A DNA stretch of 64,000 nt. Source: an uncultured Thermoleophilia bacterium (GTDB lineage Bacteria > Actinomycetota > Thermoleophilia > UBA2241). The stretch lies in the NCBI GenBank assembly GCA_963808735.1, contig CAWEHE010000007.1:17655-81654 (forward strand), given 5' to 3'. A program made the translations under genes and the position numbers. A model generated the notes under the pieces. It did no database searches and was not told the DNA's origin. It was given only the letters and a program-made list of their open reading frames with translations. Position 1 is the first letter of the stretch. Each line of letters begins with the position of its first letter. Of this stretch, positions 22,125 through 33,863 are shown piece by piece.

Positions 22125-23336
22125 ATGCAGGGGAACGGTGGCGAAAGGGAGGCCTTCGACGAGGCCGTCCTGGAAGCTGCCGAGGAGAGCGGTCGCCACG
22201 CCACGAACCTCGAGCTGTTCCTCGATCTCGTCTTCGTCTTCGCGGTCACGCAGGTTGCCGGCATGCTGGCGTCCGACATGAGCGTTTCCGGCTTCGGCAG
22301 GGGGCTCCTCCTGGCGTGGCTGGTGTGGTGGCTGTGGTCGCAGTTCACCTGGCTGGGGACCGCGATCGACCTGGGCGGCCGCTCGGCGACCCAGTTCCTG
22401 GTGCTGGCCACGGTGCCGCTCACCCTGCTCATGGCGGTCGCCCTGCCCGGCGCCTACGGAGCGTCAGGGCTCGAATTCGCCGGCGCGTATCTCGCCGTGA
22501 ACCTTTGGGCGCTGGCGATCCAGGGCTGGGGCCTGTGGCGCGAACCCGCGACCCGGTCAGCCTGGCTCCGCTACGCGCCGCTCGCGGCGCTGGCGCCGTT
22601 GGTTCTGTTTGCCGGCGCGTTCCTGCCAGGAGGCGCGCGTTTCGGCGTGTGGTGCGCGGTCGCGGCGTTCAGCGTCGCCAGCGCCGTGGCCGGCGGCAGA
22701 GGCCAGGAGGGGAAGATCGTCTGGACGGTCGATCCCGGGCATTTCACCGAACGGCACGCACTCTTCGTCATCATCTCTCTCGGTGAGATCCTGGTCGCCG
22801 TGGGCGCCTCCGCCGCCGGGGTACGCCTCACCCCGGCGGTCGGTGTCGGCCTGCTGGGCGCCGTCGCCGTCGCCTGCGTGTTCTGGTGGACCTACTTCGC
22901 CTTCGTGCCCGAGGCGGTAGAGCGGGCGTTGCGGCTCGCCAAGCCCTTTGACCGCGGACGCGTCGCCCGCGACCGCTTCACGTTCGGTCACTTCCCGATC
23001 GTCTTCGGCCTGGTCCTCTACGCCGTGGTCGCCAAGCACGTCGTCGCGCACCCGGCGGACCCCCCGGCCGGCGGCGACCTCGTAGTACTGACCGGCGCCG
23101 TGGCTTTCTTTGTCGGCGGCCTTCTGGGCTTGCAGTGGCAAGCGATGCATCGCCTGGCGCCGGAGCGCCTCGCGGCCATCGCCGCGGTAGCGGCGCTGTG
23201 CTGGGGCGCTGGGCCGCAGGTCCCAGGAGCGGCGCTGGTCGCCGTGGTCGCCGTCATCGTCGCGATCATGCAGGTGATCACGTTGCGCCGCTACGATCGG
23301 CTCGTCGCCGAGCGGACGCGGCGCGAGGACGGCTGA
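22125..23336 (+). CDS. Low-temperature-requirement A (LtrA) family membrane protein
   Basis: NLELFLDLVFVFAVTQ motif and ~10 predicted TM helices. Confidence 0.7.
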   Translation: MQGNGGEREAFDEAVLEAAEESGRHATNLELFLDLVFVFAVTQVAGMLASDMSVSGFGRGLLLAWLVWWLWSQFTWLGTAIDLGGRSATQFLVLATVPLTLLMAVALPGAYGASGLEFAGAYLAVNLWALAIQGWGLWREPATRSAWLRYAPLAALAPLVLFAGAFLPGGARFGVWCAVAAFSVASAVAGGRGQEGKIVWTVDPGHFTERHALFVIISLGEILVAVGASAAGVRLTPAVGVGLLGAVAVACVFWWTYFAFVPEAVERALRLAKPFDRGRVARDRFTFGHFPIVFGLVLYAVVAKHVVAHPADPPAGGDLVVLTGAVAFFVGGLLGLQWQAMHRLAPERLAAIAAVAALCWGAGPQVPGAALVAVVAVIVAIMQVITLRRYDRLVAERTRREDG

Positions 23337-23467
23337 GAAGGCCTGCCGGCACTCGCCGCTCCTCGTCTCGCGACGACGGTTGGGTCCGGAGCCTGCGCGG
23401 GCACGTCATGCGAAAGACGGCCGGCGGAGCCGCCCCACGCGGGGCGGCGGATCGTGAGGAGGTTGTG

Positions 23468-23845
23468 ATGATCGACGAGGCCAGGATCCGCGACTGGCTG
23501 ATGGCGTACCGGCACGCCTGGGCCGCCGACGACCCCGCCGAGGTCGCGGCACTGTTCAGCGAGGACGTGCGCTACTTCACCGCGCCGTATAGGGCGCCGC
23601 TCGAGGGCATCGAGGCGGTGACCGCCTACTGGATCGGCGAGGACGAGGGCGGGATCTCGTGGTCGTTTGAGTATCAGGTCCTGGCGCAGGAGGGCGATCT
23701 CTTCATCGTCCGAGCGGTGACCACCTATCCTGAGGGCGGGACTGATGACCACGACCCCGCGCAGTTCCACAACCTCTGGCTGGTCACGCTGGGTTCCGAC
23801 GGACGCGCGAGCGAGTTCGTCGAGTACTTCATGCTCGTGGAGTGA
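23468..23845 (+). CDS. SnoaL-like / NTF2-like domain protein
   Basis: MIDEARIRDWLMAYRHAWAADDPAEVAALFSEDVRYF is the typical N-terminus of SnoaL-like polyketide cyclase-fold proteins. Confidence 0.55.
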   Translation: MIDEARIRDWLMAYRHAWAADDPAEVAALFSEDVRYFTAPYRAPLEGIEAVTAYWIGEDEGGISWSFEYQVLAQEGDLFIVRAVTTYPEGGTDDHDPAQFHNLWLVTLGSDGRASEFVEYFMLVE

Positions 23846-23935
23846 GCCGGTTGAGGAGGCGGCGCGCAGGCGGGCAGACGGGTCGCGTAGACTCACCGGC
23901 GGTCCATACACGCGCGAGCGCACGAGGTGAGCACG

Positions 23936-25181
<1,246 letters not shown>

Positions 25182-25217
25182 TGCCGGCGCCGCGGAGAGC
25201 GCACGGAGGGGAGACGG

Positions 25218-26346
25218 GTGGACCCTGACGCGGGCAGGGATATCGTCGCACGCCGGCTGCGCGCGCAGCGCCTGACCGGCGTGCCCTGCGCGACGCCCGA
25301 GGAGGCCGTCGGCCTCCTCGGGGCGGTCCAGGCCCAGGACTACGGGCCGGCCAAGTGGTCCCTGGGCACGCGCGTGGCCGGCGCTACGGACGAGCAGGTG
25401 GAGCGCGCCCTCAGCGCCGGCGCGATCCTGCGCACGCACGTGCTGCGGCCGACGTGGCACTTCGTGCTGCCGGCCGACATCCGCTGGCTGCTGACCGCGA
25501 CCGCGCCGCGCGTCCGCGCACGGGACGCGCGCCGGTACGCCCAGCTCGGGCTGGACGATGAGACGCTGCGGCGGAGCGCCGGCGCCCTCTTCGCGGCGCT
25601 GCGCGGCGGGAACCGGCTGACCCGCGCCGAGGCCGCCGGCGTGCTCAGCGCCGCCGGCGTCGGCGTCGAGGGGCAGCGGCTGCCGTACCTCCTCATGGCC
25701 GCCGAGCTCGACGCGCTCGTCTGCAGCGGTCCGCGGATCGGCAAGCAGCACACGTACATGCTGCTCGAGGAGCGAGCGCCCGGCGCGCGCGACCTGCCTC
25801 GGGACCAGGCGCTGGCGGAACTGGCGCGGCGCTTCGTCACCGGTCACGGGCCTGCGACGGCCAGGGATTTCGCCGTCTGGGCGACGCTGACCATGGCCGA
25901 GGCGCGCGCCGCTCTCCAGGCGGCGGGGCCGGATCTCGAGGCCGAGGACCGGGGCGGTCTGCGCCTCTGGGCGCCCGCGGCGGGGCCGGGGAGCGGGGGA
26001 GAGCATCCCTCAGCGCCGCGGGGGCCTTCGCGTCCACCTCGTCCAGGGCTACGACGAGATCGTCATGGGCTACACCGAGACCAAGCCGTTGCTGGCCCGG
26101 CCCGGCTCGCCCTGGGAGCCGGCGACGCCGCCGGTCTTCCGGCTCGTCGTGCTGCTGGACGGCGGCGTTGCCGGCTACTGGCGCCCGCGCCCGAAGAGGG
26201 ATCGCGTGTTCGTCGAGGTCGCCCTCATGGAGGCGTTCAGCGGGGCCGCCATGGCGGCGCTCGAGATGGAGGCCGCGCGCTACGGCGCGTTCCTGGGTCT
26301 GCCGGCGGAGGTCCGGATGGTCGAGCCGCCGCACGGGCCGGGGTGA
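25218..26346 (+). pseudogene. Winged-helix DNA glycosylase AlkZ/YcaQ-like protein, frameshifted near 25990-26015
   Basis: RTHVLRPTWHFV motif is typical of YcaQ/AlkZ (HTH_42). C-terminus continues in another frame (ORF 26065..26346, VHLVQGYDEIVMGY...). Break lies in G5 runs. Confidence 0.55.
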
Positions 26347-26367
26347 CCCTGGCCCGGAGCCGGCAGC

Positions 26368-26697
26368 CTAGGCGAAGACGAGATTGACGAGGAGCACGTA
26401 GACGGCGGTGCCGCCGAGGATGCTGACCACCGCGTTGCGCCTCGCGAGGTGCAGGATCACCGTGGCCGCGATGGCCAGCGCCTCGGGCAGCCCGTGCGGC
26501 GTCTCGCCGAGCGAGACGCCGCGCAGGGTGTACACCACGAGGATGACCATGATGCCGGCCGGCATGTGGCGGCTCAGGTAAGCGACCAGCGCTGAGTCCC
26601 GCAGCGGCCGCAGGATCGCGAACGGCACGGCGCGCAGGGCGAAGGTGACGGCGAACATCGTCAGCGACGCGGCGAGGAGATAGGCGTTGTCAGGCAT
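26368..26697 (-). CDS. azlD: Branched-chain amino acid transport protein AzlD
   Basis: 109-aa hydrophobic protein typical of AzlD; 4-nt overlap with upstream azlC. Confidence 0.65.
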   Translation of the reverse strand: MPDNAYLLAASLTMFAVTFALRAVPFAILRPLRDSALVAYLSRHMPAGIMVILVVYTLRGVSLGETPHGLPEALAIAATVILHLARRNAVVSILGGTAVYVLLVNLVFA

Positions 26698-27424
26698 CCG
26701 CGACGCCTCTGCCGCGTGGCCCTCGCAGAAGGAACCGGACGACCAGCGCCGCCACGAACAGCCCCATGCCGGTGAAGAGCAGCTGTCCGGGAGCCACGAC
26801 CAGCGCGAGCAGCGCGCAGATGAACGCGAGCACCGGGCTGGGCAGGTCGCGCTCCACGCGAGCCGCGTCCATGGCGAGCACGACGAAGAGCGCCGTGAGT
26901 GTGAACGCCAGACCCACGAGATCCAGCGCCAGCCAGCTCCCCAGGAGCGCGCCGGCGACGCTGCCGGCCACCCAGTACCCCTGGCAGAACGCCTGCAGCC
27001 AGAGCACGCGGGCGCTGCTCAGCGAGACGCCGGGCCGGCCGGCGGTGAGCGCGTAGGCCTCGTCGGTCAGGGCGTACATGCTGTACGTCTTGCCGGCGCG
27101 ACCGCGCACTCTGTCCAGAGGAAAGGACAGGGCGTAGAACACGTGGCGGAAGTTGACGAGGAAGGTGGTCAGGGCGAGCTGCGGAAGCGGCGTGACCGCG
27201 ATCACCAGCCCGACGGCGAGGAACTCCATGGAGCCGGCGTAGACCAGCACCGAGAAGATGAGCGCCCACCACCAGTCCAGTCCCGACTGCACGACCAGGA
27301 GGCCGAACGCGGCGCCCAGCGGGAACATGCCGACGCCGACGGAGATGGTGTCGACGAAGGCGGCGCCGAGGGCCGAGTCGTGCGGGGCGGCCTTGCCTGC
27401 CGCGTCGGAAGATGGTCTGCTCAC
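26694..27424 (-). CDS. azlC: AzlC-family branched-chain amino acid permease
   Basis: Multi-TM protein with AzlC-like motifs (GSMEF, RHVFYALSF). GTG start assumed; the ORF is open further upstream. Confidence 0.65.
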
Positions 27425-27465
27425 GGCGCGATGATACCGGCACGGCGAGGCGGGACGACAACGGC

Positions 27466-27915
27466 ATGAAGGCGACGTACAGACACACGAACATCGTGGC
27501 CGCGGATTGGCGGGCGCTGGCGGCGTTCTACGAGGACGTCTTCGGGTGCACGCCCGTGCCGCCGGTACGCGACCTCTCGGGAGCGTGGCTCGACCTGGGT
27601 ACGGGCGTGCCGGACGCACACCTGACCGGGGTCCACCTGCGGCTGCCCGGCCACGGAGAGGGCGGACCGACGCTCGAGATCTACGGCTACTCCGTCACGA
27701 AGCCGCGGCCGGCCGTGGCTGCGAACCGCGAGGGCATCACCCACATCGCCTTCGAGGTGGACGACGTCGTCGCGGCGACCCGTCTTGTGCTCGAGCACGG
27801 CGGGAGTCTCGTGGGCGACGTGACGTCTGCGGAGGTCCCGGGGGTCGGCCTGCTCACGTTCGTGTACGTCGCCGACCCCGAGGGCAACATCGTCGAACTG
27901 CAGGCGTGGACATGA
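27466..27915 (+). CDS. VOC/glyoxalase-bleomycin-resistance family protein
   Basis: Paired beta-alpha-beta-beta-beta modules (HIAFEVDDV ... DPEGNIVELQ). Confidence 0.6.
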   Translation: MKATYRHTNIVAADWRALAAFYEDVFGCTPVPPVRDLSGAWLDLGTGVPDAHLTGVHLRLPGHGEGGPTLEIYGYSVTKPRPAVAANREGITHIAFEVDDVVAATRLVLEHGGSLVGDVTSAEVPGVGLLTFVYVADPEGNIVELQAWT

Positions 27916-28481
27916 AGCGTCAGCAGGACGCGGCGCGGCTCGTGGTGCTCGTCGTCGCGCCCGCGATCGTCCTGCTTCTCGCCGGAGGCTGTGGCTCAGC
28001 CGGCGACGTCGGCGGCTCCTCGTCGGGCGCCGCCGGAGCGCCAGCGCCCGGAGCCGGGGACGCGGCGCTCGCCAAAGCCTTCGACGACCGTGCCTCCGAC
28101 CTCGAGGTCGAGGGCGCCGGCACAGTCGATCGCCTGCTCCCGGATGACGAGGAGGGCAGCCGGCATCAGCGCTTCATCCTCAGGCTTGCGTCCGGCCAGA
28201 CGCTGCTCGTCGCGCACAACATCGATATCGCCCCGCGGATCGCCGGTCTGCACGCCGGCGACGTGGTCACCTTCCGCGGCGTGTACGAGTGGAACCCGGA
28301 GGGCGGCACGATCCATTGGACGCACCATGACCCATCGAGCGACCACCCGCCGGATGGCTGCTGCACGGCGGCAGGGTCTACGAATGACGCGCCGCGGGCC
28401 GGCCCGGATGGCCGCGGGCCGGCCCCGAACGCTCCTTACGGCATCGGCATCGACGGGTCCCAGTTCGAGAAGCCCTGGTGA
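27912..28481 (+). CDS. DUF3465-family lipoprotein
   Basis: Lipobox LLLAGGC and IHWTHHDP motif. ATG overlaps the VOC stop (ATGA). Confidence 0.55.
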   Translation: MKRQQDAARLVVLVVAPAIVLLLAGGCGSAGDVGGSSSGAAGAPAPGAGDAALAKAFDDRASDLEVEGAGTVDRLLPDDEEGSRHQRFILRLASGQTLLVAHNIDIAPRIAGLHAGDVVTFRGVYEWNPEGGTIHWTHHDPSSDHPPDGCCTAAGSTNDAPRAGPDGRGPAPNAPYGIGIDGSQFEKPW

Positions 28482-28651
28482 TGGACGCCGGGGTTCATGG
28501 TGCCGGAGAACCCGCCCATTTCCTGTGCCATCGCGGCGTGGTGCTGGCCGTACGCCCGGCCGGCCCCGTTGGCCCCGGTGGCGGCGAAGGCGGGGGCGGC
28601 GACCGCCAGGGTCAGCGCCAGGACGGCGACCGCGGTGAAGATGTGTCTCAT
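28436..28651 (-). CDS. Small secreted His/Met-rich protein (71 aa)
   Basis: Clear signal peptide MRHIFTAVAVLALTLAVAAPAFA. Mature part rich in His/Met (HHAAMAQEMGG...MNPGVHHQG...PSMPMP). Overlaps the 3' end of the convergent DUF3465 gene by 46 bp. Confidence 0.4.
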   Translation of the reverse strand: MRHIFTAVAVLALTLAVAAPAFAATGANGAGRAYGQHHAAMAQEMGGFSGTMNPGVHHQGFSNWDPSMPMP

Positions 28652-28858
28652 TGCGACTGCCTTTCATGGATACCCGGGCTTTCGGGGCCGCGGGATAGTG
28701 GACTGACGCAGTCCTCATTCCCCGGGCGCCCTCGCCTCACCCATGGAATGCCGACCGGGGTCGTCCGCGCCTACGTTGCCGGGCGCGGCGCGACTTAGTA
28801 GAGTCCTACGTTCCGAATACCCACGGCCCGACGGGCCGTCCAGAGGAGGAGACACCGC

Positions 28859-29863
<1,005 letters not shown>

Positions 29864-29883
29864 GCCCGGCTTCATCGCAAAGA

Positions 29884-29920
29884 CCCGGGGCGGCCGGGGC
29901 GCTGAAGGCGCCCCGGCCGC
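29884..29920. terminator. Bidirectional terminator between ilvC and convergent VOC gene
   Basis: 16-bp perfect stem GGGGCGGCCGGGGCGC/GCGCCCCGGCCGCCCC with loop TGAAG. Confidence 0.55.
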
Positions 29921-29959
29921 CCCGTTCACGTGCTGCCGGCGGACTCGCGATCTGTCCGC

Positions 29960-30367
29960 TCAGGCTGCTTTGCTGAGGTACTTCCTGATGTCCGTCGACA
30001 CCGCGATCGTGTTGCCCTCGCTGTCCTTGAACCACGCGGTCTGGCCGAAGTCGCCCAGGCTCACCACTCCGTCCTCGGTCTTGAGGCCGGGGAGGTCGTA
30101 CTCCTCGAACGTGATGCCGCGGTCGCGAAGCTCGCGGACCGTGGCCTTCACGTCATCGACGAGGAACGAGGCCACGGTGTTCTCGCCGCGCCTGAAGTCG
30201 GTCTTGTAGATGAGCAGGTAGTTCGCGCCTATCTGGACGATCGCACCGTCCGGCATGCGCTCGTCCTCGCGTACGGTGAAGCCGAGCTTGTCTCTGTAGA
30301 AGGTCGTCGCGCGGTCGAGGTCGTCGACGGCGAGGACCGGCATGATGTATGTATCCTTGAAGCTCAT
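29960..30367 (-). CDS. VOC/glyoxalase family protein
   Basis: 135 aa; LGFTVREDE ... DSEGNTIAVS typical glyoxalase modules. Confidence 0.6.
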   Translation of the reverse strand: MSFKDTYIMPVLAVDDLDRATTFYRDKLGFTVREDERMPDGAIVQIGANYLLIYKTDFRRGENTVASFLVDDVKATVRELRDRGITFEEYDLPGLKTEDGVVSLGDFGQTAWFKDSEGNTIAVSTDIRKYLSKAA

Positions 30368-30539
30368 AGCTGATCACTCCCTTTCCGGTACAGGGTGACG
30401 ATTCCCGGTAGGGCGCCGGCGCACACCGTAACGACGCCGCGCCGACCGCGGGGAAGAAGGGCGCGGTGCAACTGGACGGCGACCGGCGCTGTGGTCTAGC
30501 CTTGCTCACAGTCCGGACCTTCAGCCTGGGAGCCGTCAG

Positions 30540-32126
30540 ATGAGCACCAAGAAGATCCTCGTCGCGGGGCGTCTCGCTCCCGAGGGCATCGCCCGTCTGG
30601 AGGCGGAAGGCTTCCAGGTCGACGTGGCGAGCGAGAGCGCTGCCGCCGGGCTCGCCCGGCTGGTCCCCGGCTATCATGGCCTCGTCGCGGGCGCCTCGGT
30701 CGGCGTGCCGTCCGAGGTCATCCGGGCGGCCGACGTGCTGGAGGTCATCGGCCGCACCGGCGCCAGCGTCGACGACATCGACCTGCGCGAAGCGACGGCG
30801 CGCGGGATCATCGTGACCGACGCGCCGCAGAGCGATCGCGTGTCGGCCGCGGAAGTGGTGCTGGCGGCGCTCCTCGCCTGCGCCCACGAGATCGTGCGCA
30901 CGCACCGGGCGCTCGGGGCGCCCGCGGCCGGCTCCGGCCCGCTCCCGCACGGCGTCGAGGTCCGCGGCAAGACCCTCGGCCTGATCGGACTCGACGATGC
31001 GGCGCTGCTCGTGGCCGAGGCCGCCCAGGCACTCGGCATGCGAGTGATCGCCTGGGATCCCGGCCAGCCCGTCAGGGGTCTCGAGCCTCTCCTGCAGCGC
31101 ACCGACGAGCTCGCGGACGTCTGTCGCGAGGCCGACTTCATCAGCGTGCACCTCGCGGAGCTTCCCGGGAACGCCGGGCTCGTCGGCGACGCGGAGTTCG
31201 CCGTCATGAAGCCCGGCGTCAGGCTGATCAGCGTTCTCTCGGGGGGCGTCGTCGACGAAACGGCCTGGGCGCGCGCGGTCCGGTCCGGCGTCGTCGCCGG
31301 CTCGGCGGTCGTCGCCGCGGCGGACGGCGCCGCTGGTCCGCTTGCGGCACTGGACGGCGTTGTCCTCGTCGACCGCGCCGCCGCCCAGACCCTCGACGCG
31401 CAGGTGCGCGCCGCCGAGACGGTCGCCGGTCAGGTGGCCGCGGCGCTTCGGGGAGAACTGGTGCGCAACGCGGTCAACGTGCCCGCCGCGCTCGACGACG
31501 AGGCGGAAGAGCTCATGCCGTACGTGGGCCTCTGCGCGCAGCTCGGGAGCCTCGTCGTGCAGTTGGCCGACGGGCCAGTCGAGTCCCTCGATGTGCTGTA
31601 CGGGGGGAGCTTCGCGTTCTACGACACGCGCATCCTCTCGCTGGGCATCCTGCAGGGCGCCCTGGAGCGACGCGCCGAGGGCAAGGTGAACCTGGTGAAC
31701 GCTCAGGTCCTCGCCGACGCCGCCGGCCTGAGCGTCACCGAGACGAGCGACCCGGCGGCCTCGGACTTCCCGCGGCTCGTTTCCGTCTCGGCCAGGGGGG
31801 CATGGGGGGAGGTGTCGGTGACAGGGACGTCGCTCGGTCCGGAGCACAAGCCGCGCCTCGTCGAGGTGTTCGGCGACGCGATCGACATCGGCCCGGCGCC
31901 GCGCATGCTCTTCCTGCGCTACGAGGACCTGCCCGGCGTGGGAGGCAGACTGGGGACCATGCTCGGCGAGTGGGGTGTCAACATCGGCAACATGTCGGTG
32001 GGGCGCGGCGCCGTCGAGCGCCACGCGGTGATGGCGCTCACCCTCGACCAGCCGCTGACCGACGAGCAGTTGCGCGCGCTCGTCGAGCACTGCGGCCTCG
32101 ACGCCGGCAAGAGCGTCGCGATCTAG
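30540..32126 (+). CDS. Degenerate D-3-phosphoglycerate dehydrogenase paralog (predicted catalytically inactive, ACT domain retained)
   Basis: Colinear with the canonical SerA at 33864. GxGxxG is replaced by GLIGLDDAA, catalytic Arg by Ser (VLSGG vs VARGG) and catalytic His by Arg (VLVDRAAAQT vs VATPHLGAST). Substrate-binding N-terminus, ASB and ACT C-terminus are conserved. Confidence 0.7.
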   Translation: MSTKKILVAGRLAPEGIARLEAEGFQVDVASESAAAGLARLVPGYHGLVAGASVGVPSEVIRAADVLEVIGRTGASVDDIDLREATARGIIVTDAPQSDRVSAAEVVLAALLACAHEIVRTHRALGAPAAGSGPLPHGVEVRGKTLGLIGLDDAALLVAEAAQALGMRVIAWDPGQPVRGLEPLLQRTDELADVCREADFISVHLAELPGNAGLVGDAEFAVMKPGVRLISVLSGGVVDETAWARAVRSGVVAGSAVVAAADGAAGPLAALDGVVLVDRAAAQTLDAQVRAAETVAGQVAAALRGELVRNAVNVPAALDDEAEELMPYVGLCAQLGSLVVQLADGPVESLDVLYGGSFAFYDTRILSLGILQGALERRAEGKVNLVNAQVLADAAGLSVTETSDPAASDFPRLVSVSARGAWGEVSVTGTSLGPEHKPRLVEVFGDAIDIGPAPRMLFLRYEDLPGVGGRLGTMLGEWGVNIGNMSVGRGAVERHAVMALTLDQPLTDEQLRALVEHCGLDAGKSVAI

Positions 32127-32247
32127 CCGGCGCTCCCCCCGACCCGCGCAGGCGCCGCAACGCCGGGTGCTTGTGCAGCTGGACACAAGGCCACGTCGTG
32201 CGCTATGCTCCGCGCCATGCGGAGCTCTTCACATCGCCCGTCGTGAC

Positions 32248-32289
32248 GGCTGGTGCGGCGCGGTCCATCCGGACCGCGCCGCACCAGCC
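32248..32289 (+). terminator. Very strong hairpin (19-bp perfect stem) downstream of the degenerate serA paralog
   Basis: GGCTGGTGCGGCGCGGTCC-atc-CGGACCGCGCCGCACCAGCC. Confidence 0.5.
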
Positions 32290-32582
32290 GGCTCCGTCTC
32301 TTCCTGACTCCAGCCTCGGCGCCGTGGCGTGCCCGCGTCCCGCAACGGTGCTCGCGACCGTTCGCGCAGGGACCCGGACCCCCGGCGTCGCCGCGCGACG
32401 TCACGGTCGAGGCCGCCCGTGCCCGCGGCGCCTGCGCTTCGCGCGGCTGCAGCCGCGCCTCGCCATCGCGCGATCGCGGCCGGCGACGCTCGTCACGAGG
32501 CGCCTCCGTCGCCCGCGGGAGTGACCTCCGCGGCGGCCGGGCATGCATCTGTGTGCAGCCCCGCCTGACCGAGCGTTCAGTG

Positions 32583-32612
32583 TTTGTGATGGGCCGCACA
32601 GGTTCTCTACAA
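32583..32612 (+). promoter_or_regulatory. Candidate sigma-70-like promoter for aminotransferase-serA operon
   Basis: -35 TTGTGA, 18-bp spacer, -10 TACAAT, ~78 nt upstream of the ATG. Confidence 0.35.
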
Positions 32613-32689
32613 TAGGCGGCTTGCATCGCTACTCGGATGGTCCCGCCGGCCGACGCCGGCAGCCGAACACCCAAGAAAGGAACGACAAG

Positions 32690-33850
32690 ATGCAGAAGCG
32701 CTTCCTCATCACTCCCGGCCCCACGCCCGTGCCGCCGGAGGTGCTCTCGGCCCTGGCCGAGCCGGTCATCCACCACCGCGCGCCGCGCTTCACCGAGATC
32801 CTCAAGCAGGTCGTCGCGGGGATGAAGTACATCTACCAGACCGAGAACGACATCATGGTGTACGCCGCCAGCGGCACCGGCGCCATGGAGGCCGCGGTCA
32901 CCAACGTCGTGAACCCGGGCGACCACGTCCTCGTCGCGTCCATCGGCAACTTCGGCGAGCGCTGGAAGAAGCTGAACACCACGTGGGGCGCCGAGGTCAC
33001 GGCGCTCGACTACGCGTGGGGCACCAAGGCCGACCCGGCCGACATCGAGAAGGCGCTCGCCGCCGACCCGGCGATCAAGGCCGTGTACGTGCAGCACAGC
33101 GAGACGTCCACCGGCGTCGTCAACGACATCAAGGCGATCGGCGAGATCGTCGCCAGGACGCCGGCGATCCTGGTCGTCGACGCCATCAGCGGCCTCGGCG
33201 CCAGCGACCTCCAGACCGACGCGTGGCATGTGGACATCTGCGTGGCCGGCTCCCAGAAGGCGCTCATGGTGCCGCCGGGCCTCGCCTACGCCGCCGTCAG
33301 CGAGAAGGCCTGGGCCGTGATCGCGCAGTGCAAGACCCCGCGCTTCTACTTCGACTTCGTCGCCATGCGCGAGAAGATGACCGGCGATTCCGCCCAGACT
33401 CCGTACACGCCGGCCGTGAACCTCATGGTGGCGCAGAACGCCGCCATCGACCTGATCAAAGAAGAGGGCCTCGAGAACGTGTTCGAGCGGCATCGCGTGC
33501 TCGGCAAGGCCGCACGCGAGGGCGTCAAGGCGCTCGGCCTCGAGCTCTTCGCGGTCGAGGATCCGGAGGCCAATTCCGTGACCGCCGTCAAGGTGCCCGA
33601 GGGCGTCGACGGCGGCAAGATCGGCAAGATCGCCCGCGACAAGTACGGCGTGTGGCTCGCCGGCGGCCAGGGCGCCGTCAAGGGCAAGATCTTCCGCTTC
33701 GGCCACTGCGGCTACTTCGGCCACAGCGACATCGTGGTCGGCCTCAGCACGGTCGAGATGGTACTGGCCGAGCTCGGGTACGACGTCAAGTTCGGCGCCG
33801 GCGTCGGCGCCGCCGAGCAGGTGTTCATGACGAGCACCGTGCTGCTGTAG
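32690..33850 (+). CDS. Class-V aminotransferase (AGXT/serine-pyruvate family), probable phosphoserine aminotransferase
   Basis: LITPGPTPVPPEV N-terminus; PLP Lys context GSQKALMVPPGL; lies between two serA genes. Confidence 0.75.
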   Translation: MQKRFLITPGPTPVPPEVLSALAEPVIHHRAPRFTEILKQVVAGMKYIYQTENDIMVYAASGTGAMEAAVTNVVNPGDHVLVASIGNFGERWKKLNTTWGAEVTALDYAWGTKADPADIEKALAADPAIKAVYVQHSETSTGVVNDIKAIGEIVARTPAILVVDAISGLGASDLQTDAWHVDICVAGSQKALMVPPGLAYAAVSEKAWAVIAQCKTPRFYFDFVAMREKMTGDSAQTPYTPAVNLMVAQNAAIDLIKEEGLENVFERHRVLGKAAREGVKALGLELFAVEDPEANSVTAVKVPEGVDGGKIGKIARDKYGVWLAGGQGAVKGKIFRFGHCGYFGHSDIVVGLSTVEMVLAELGYDVKFGAGVGAAEQVFMTSTVLL

Positions 33851-33863
33851 GGGGCGAGAGGAC

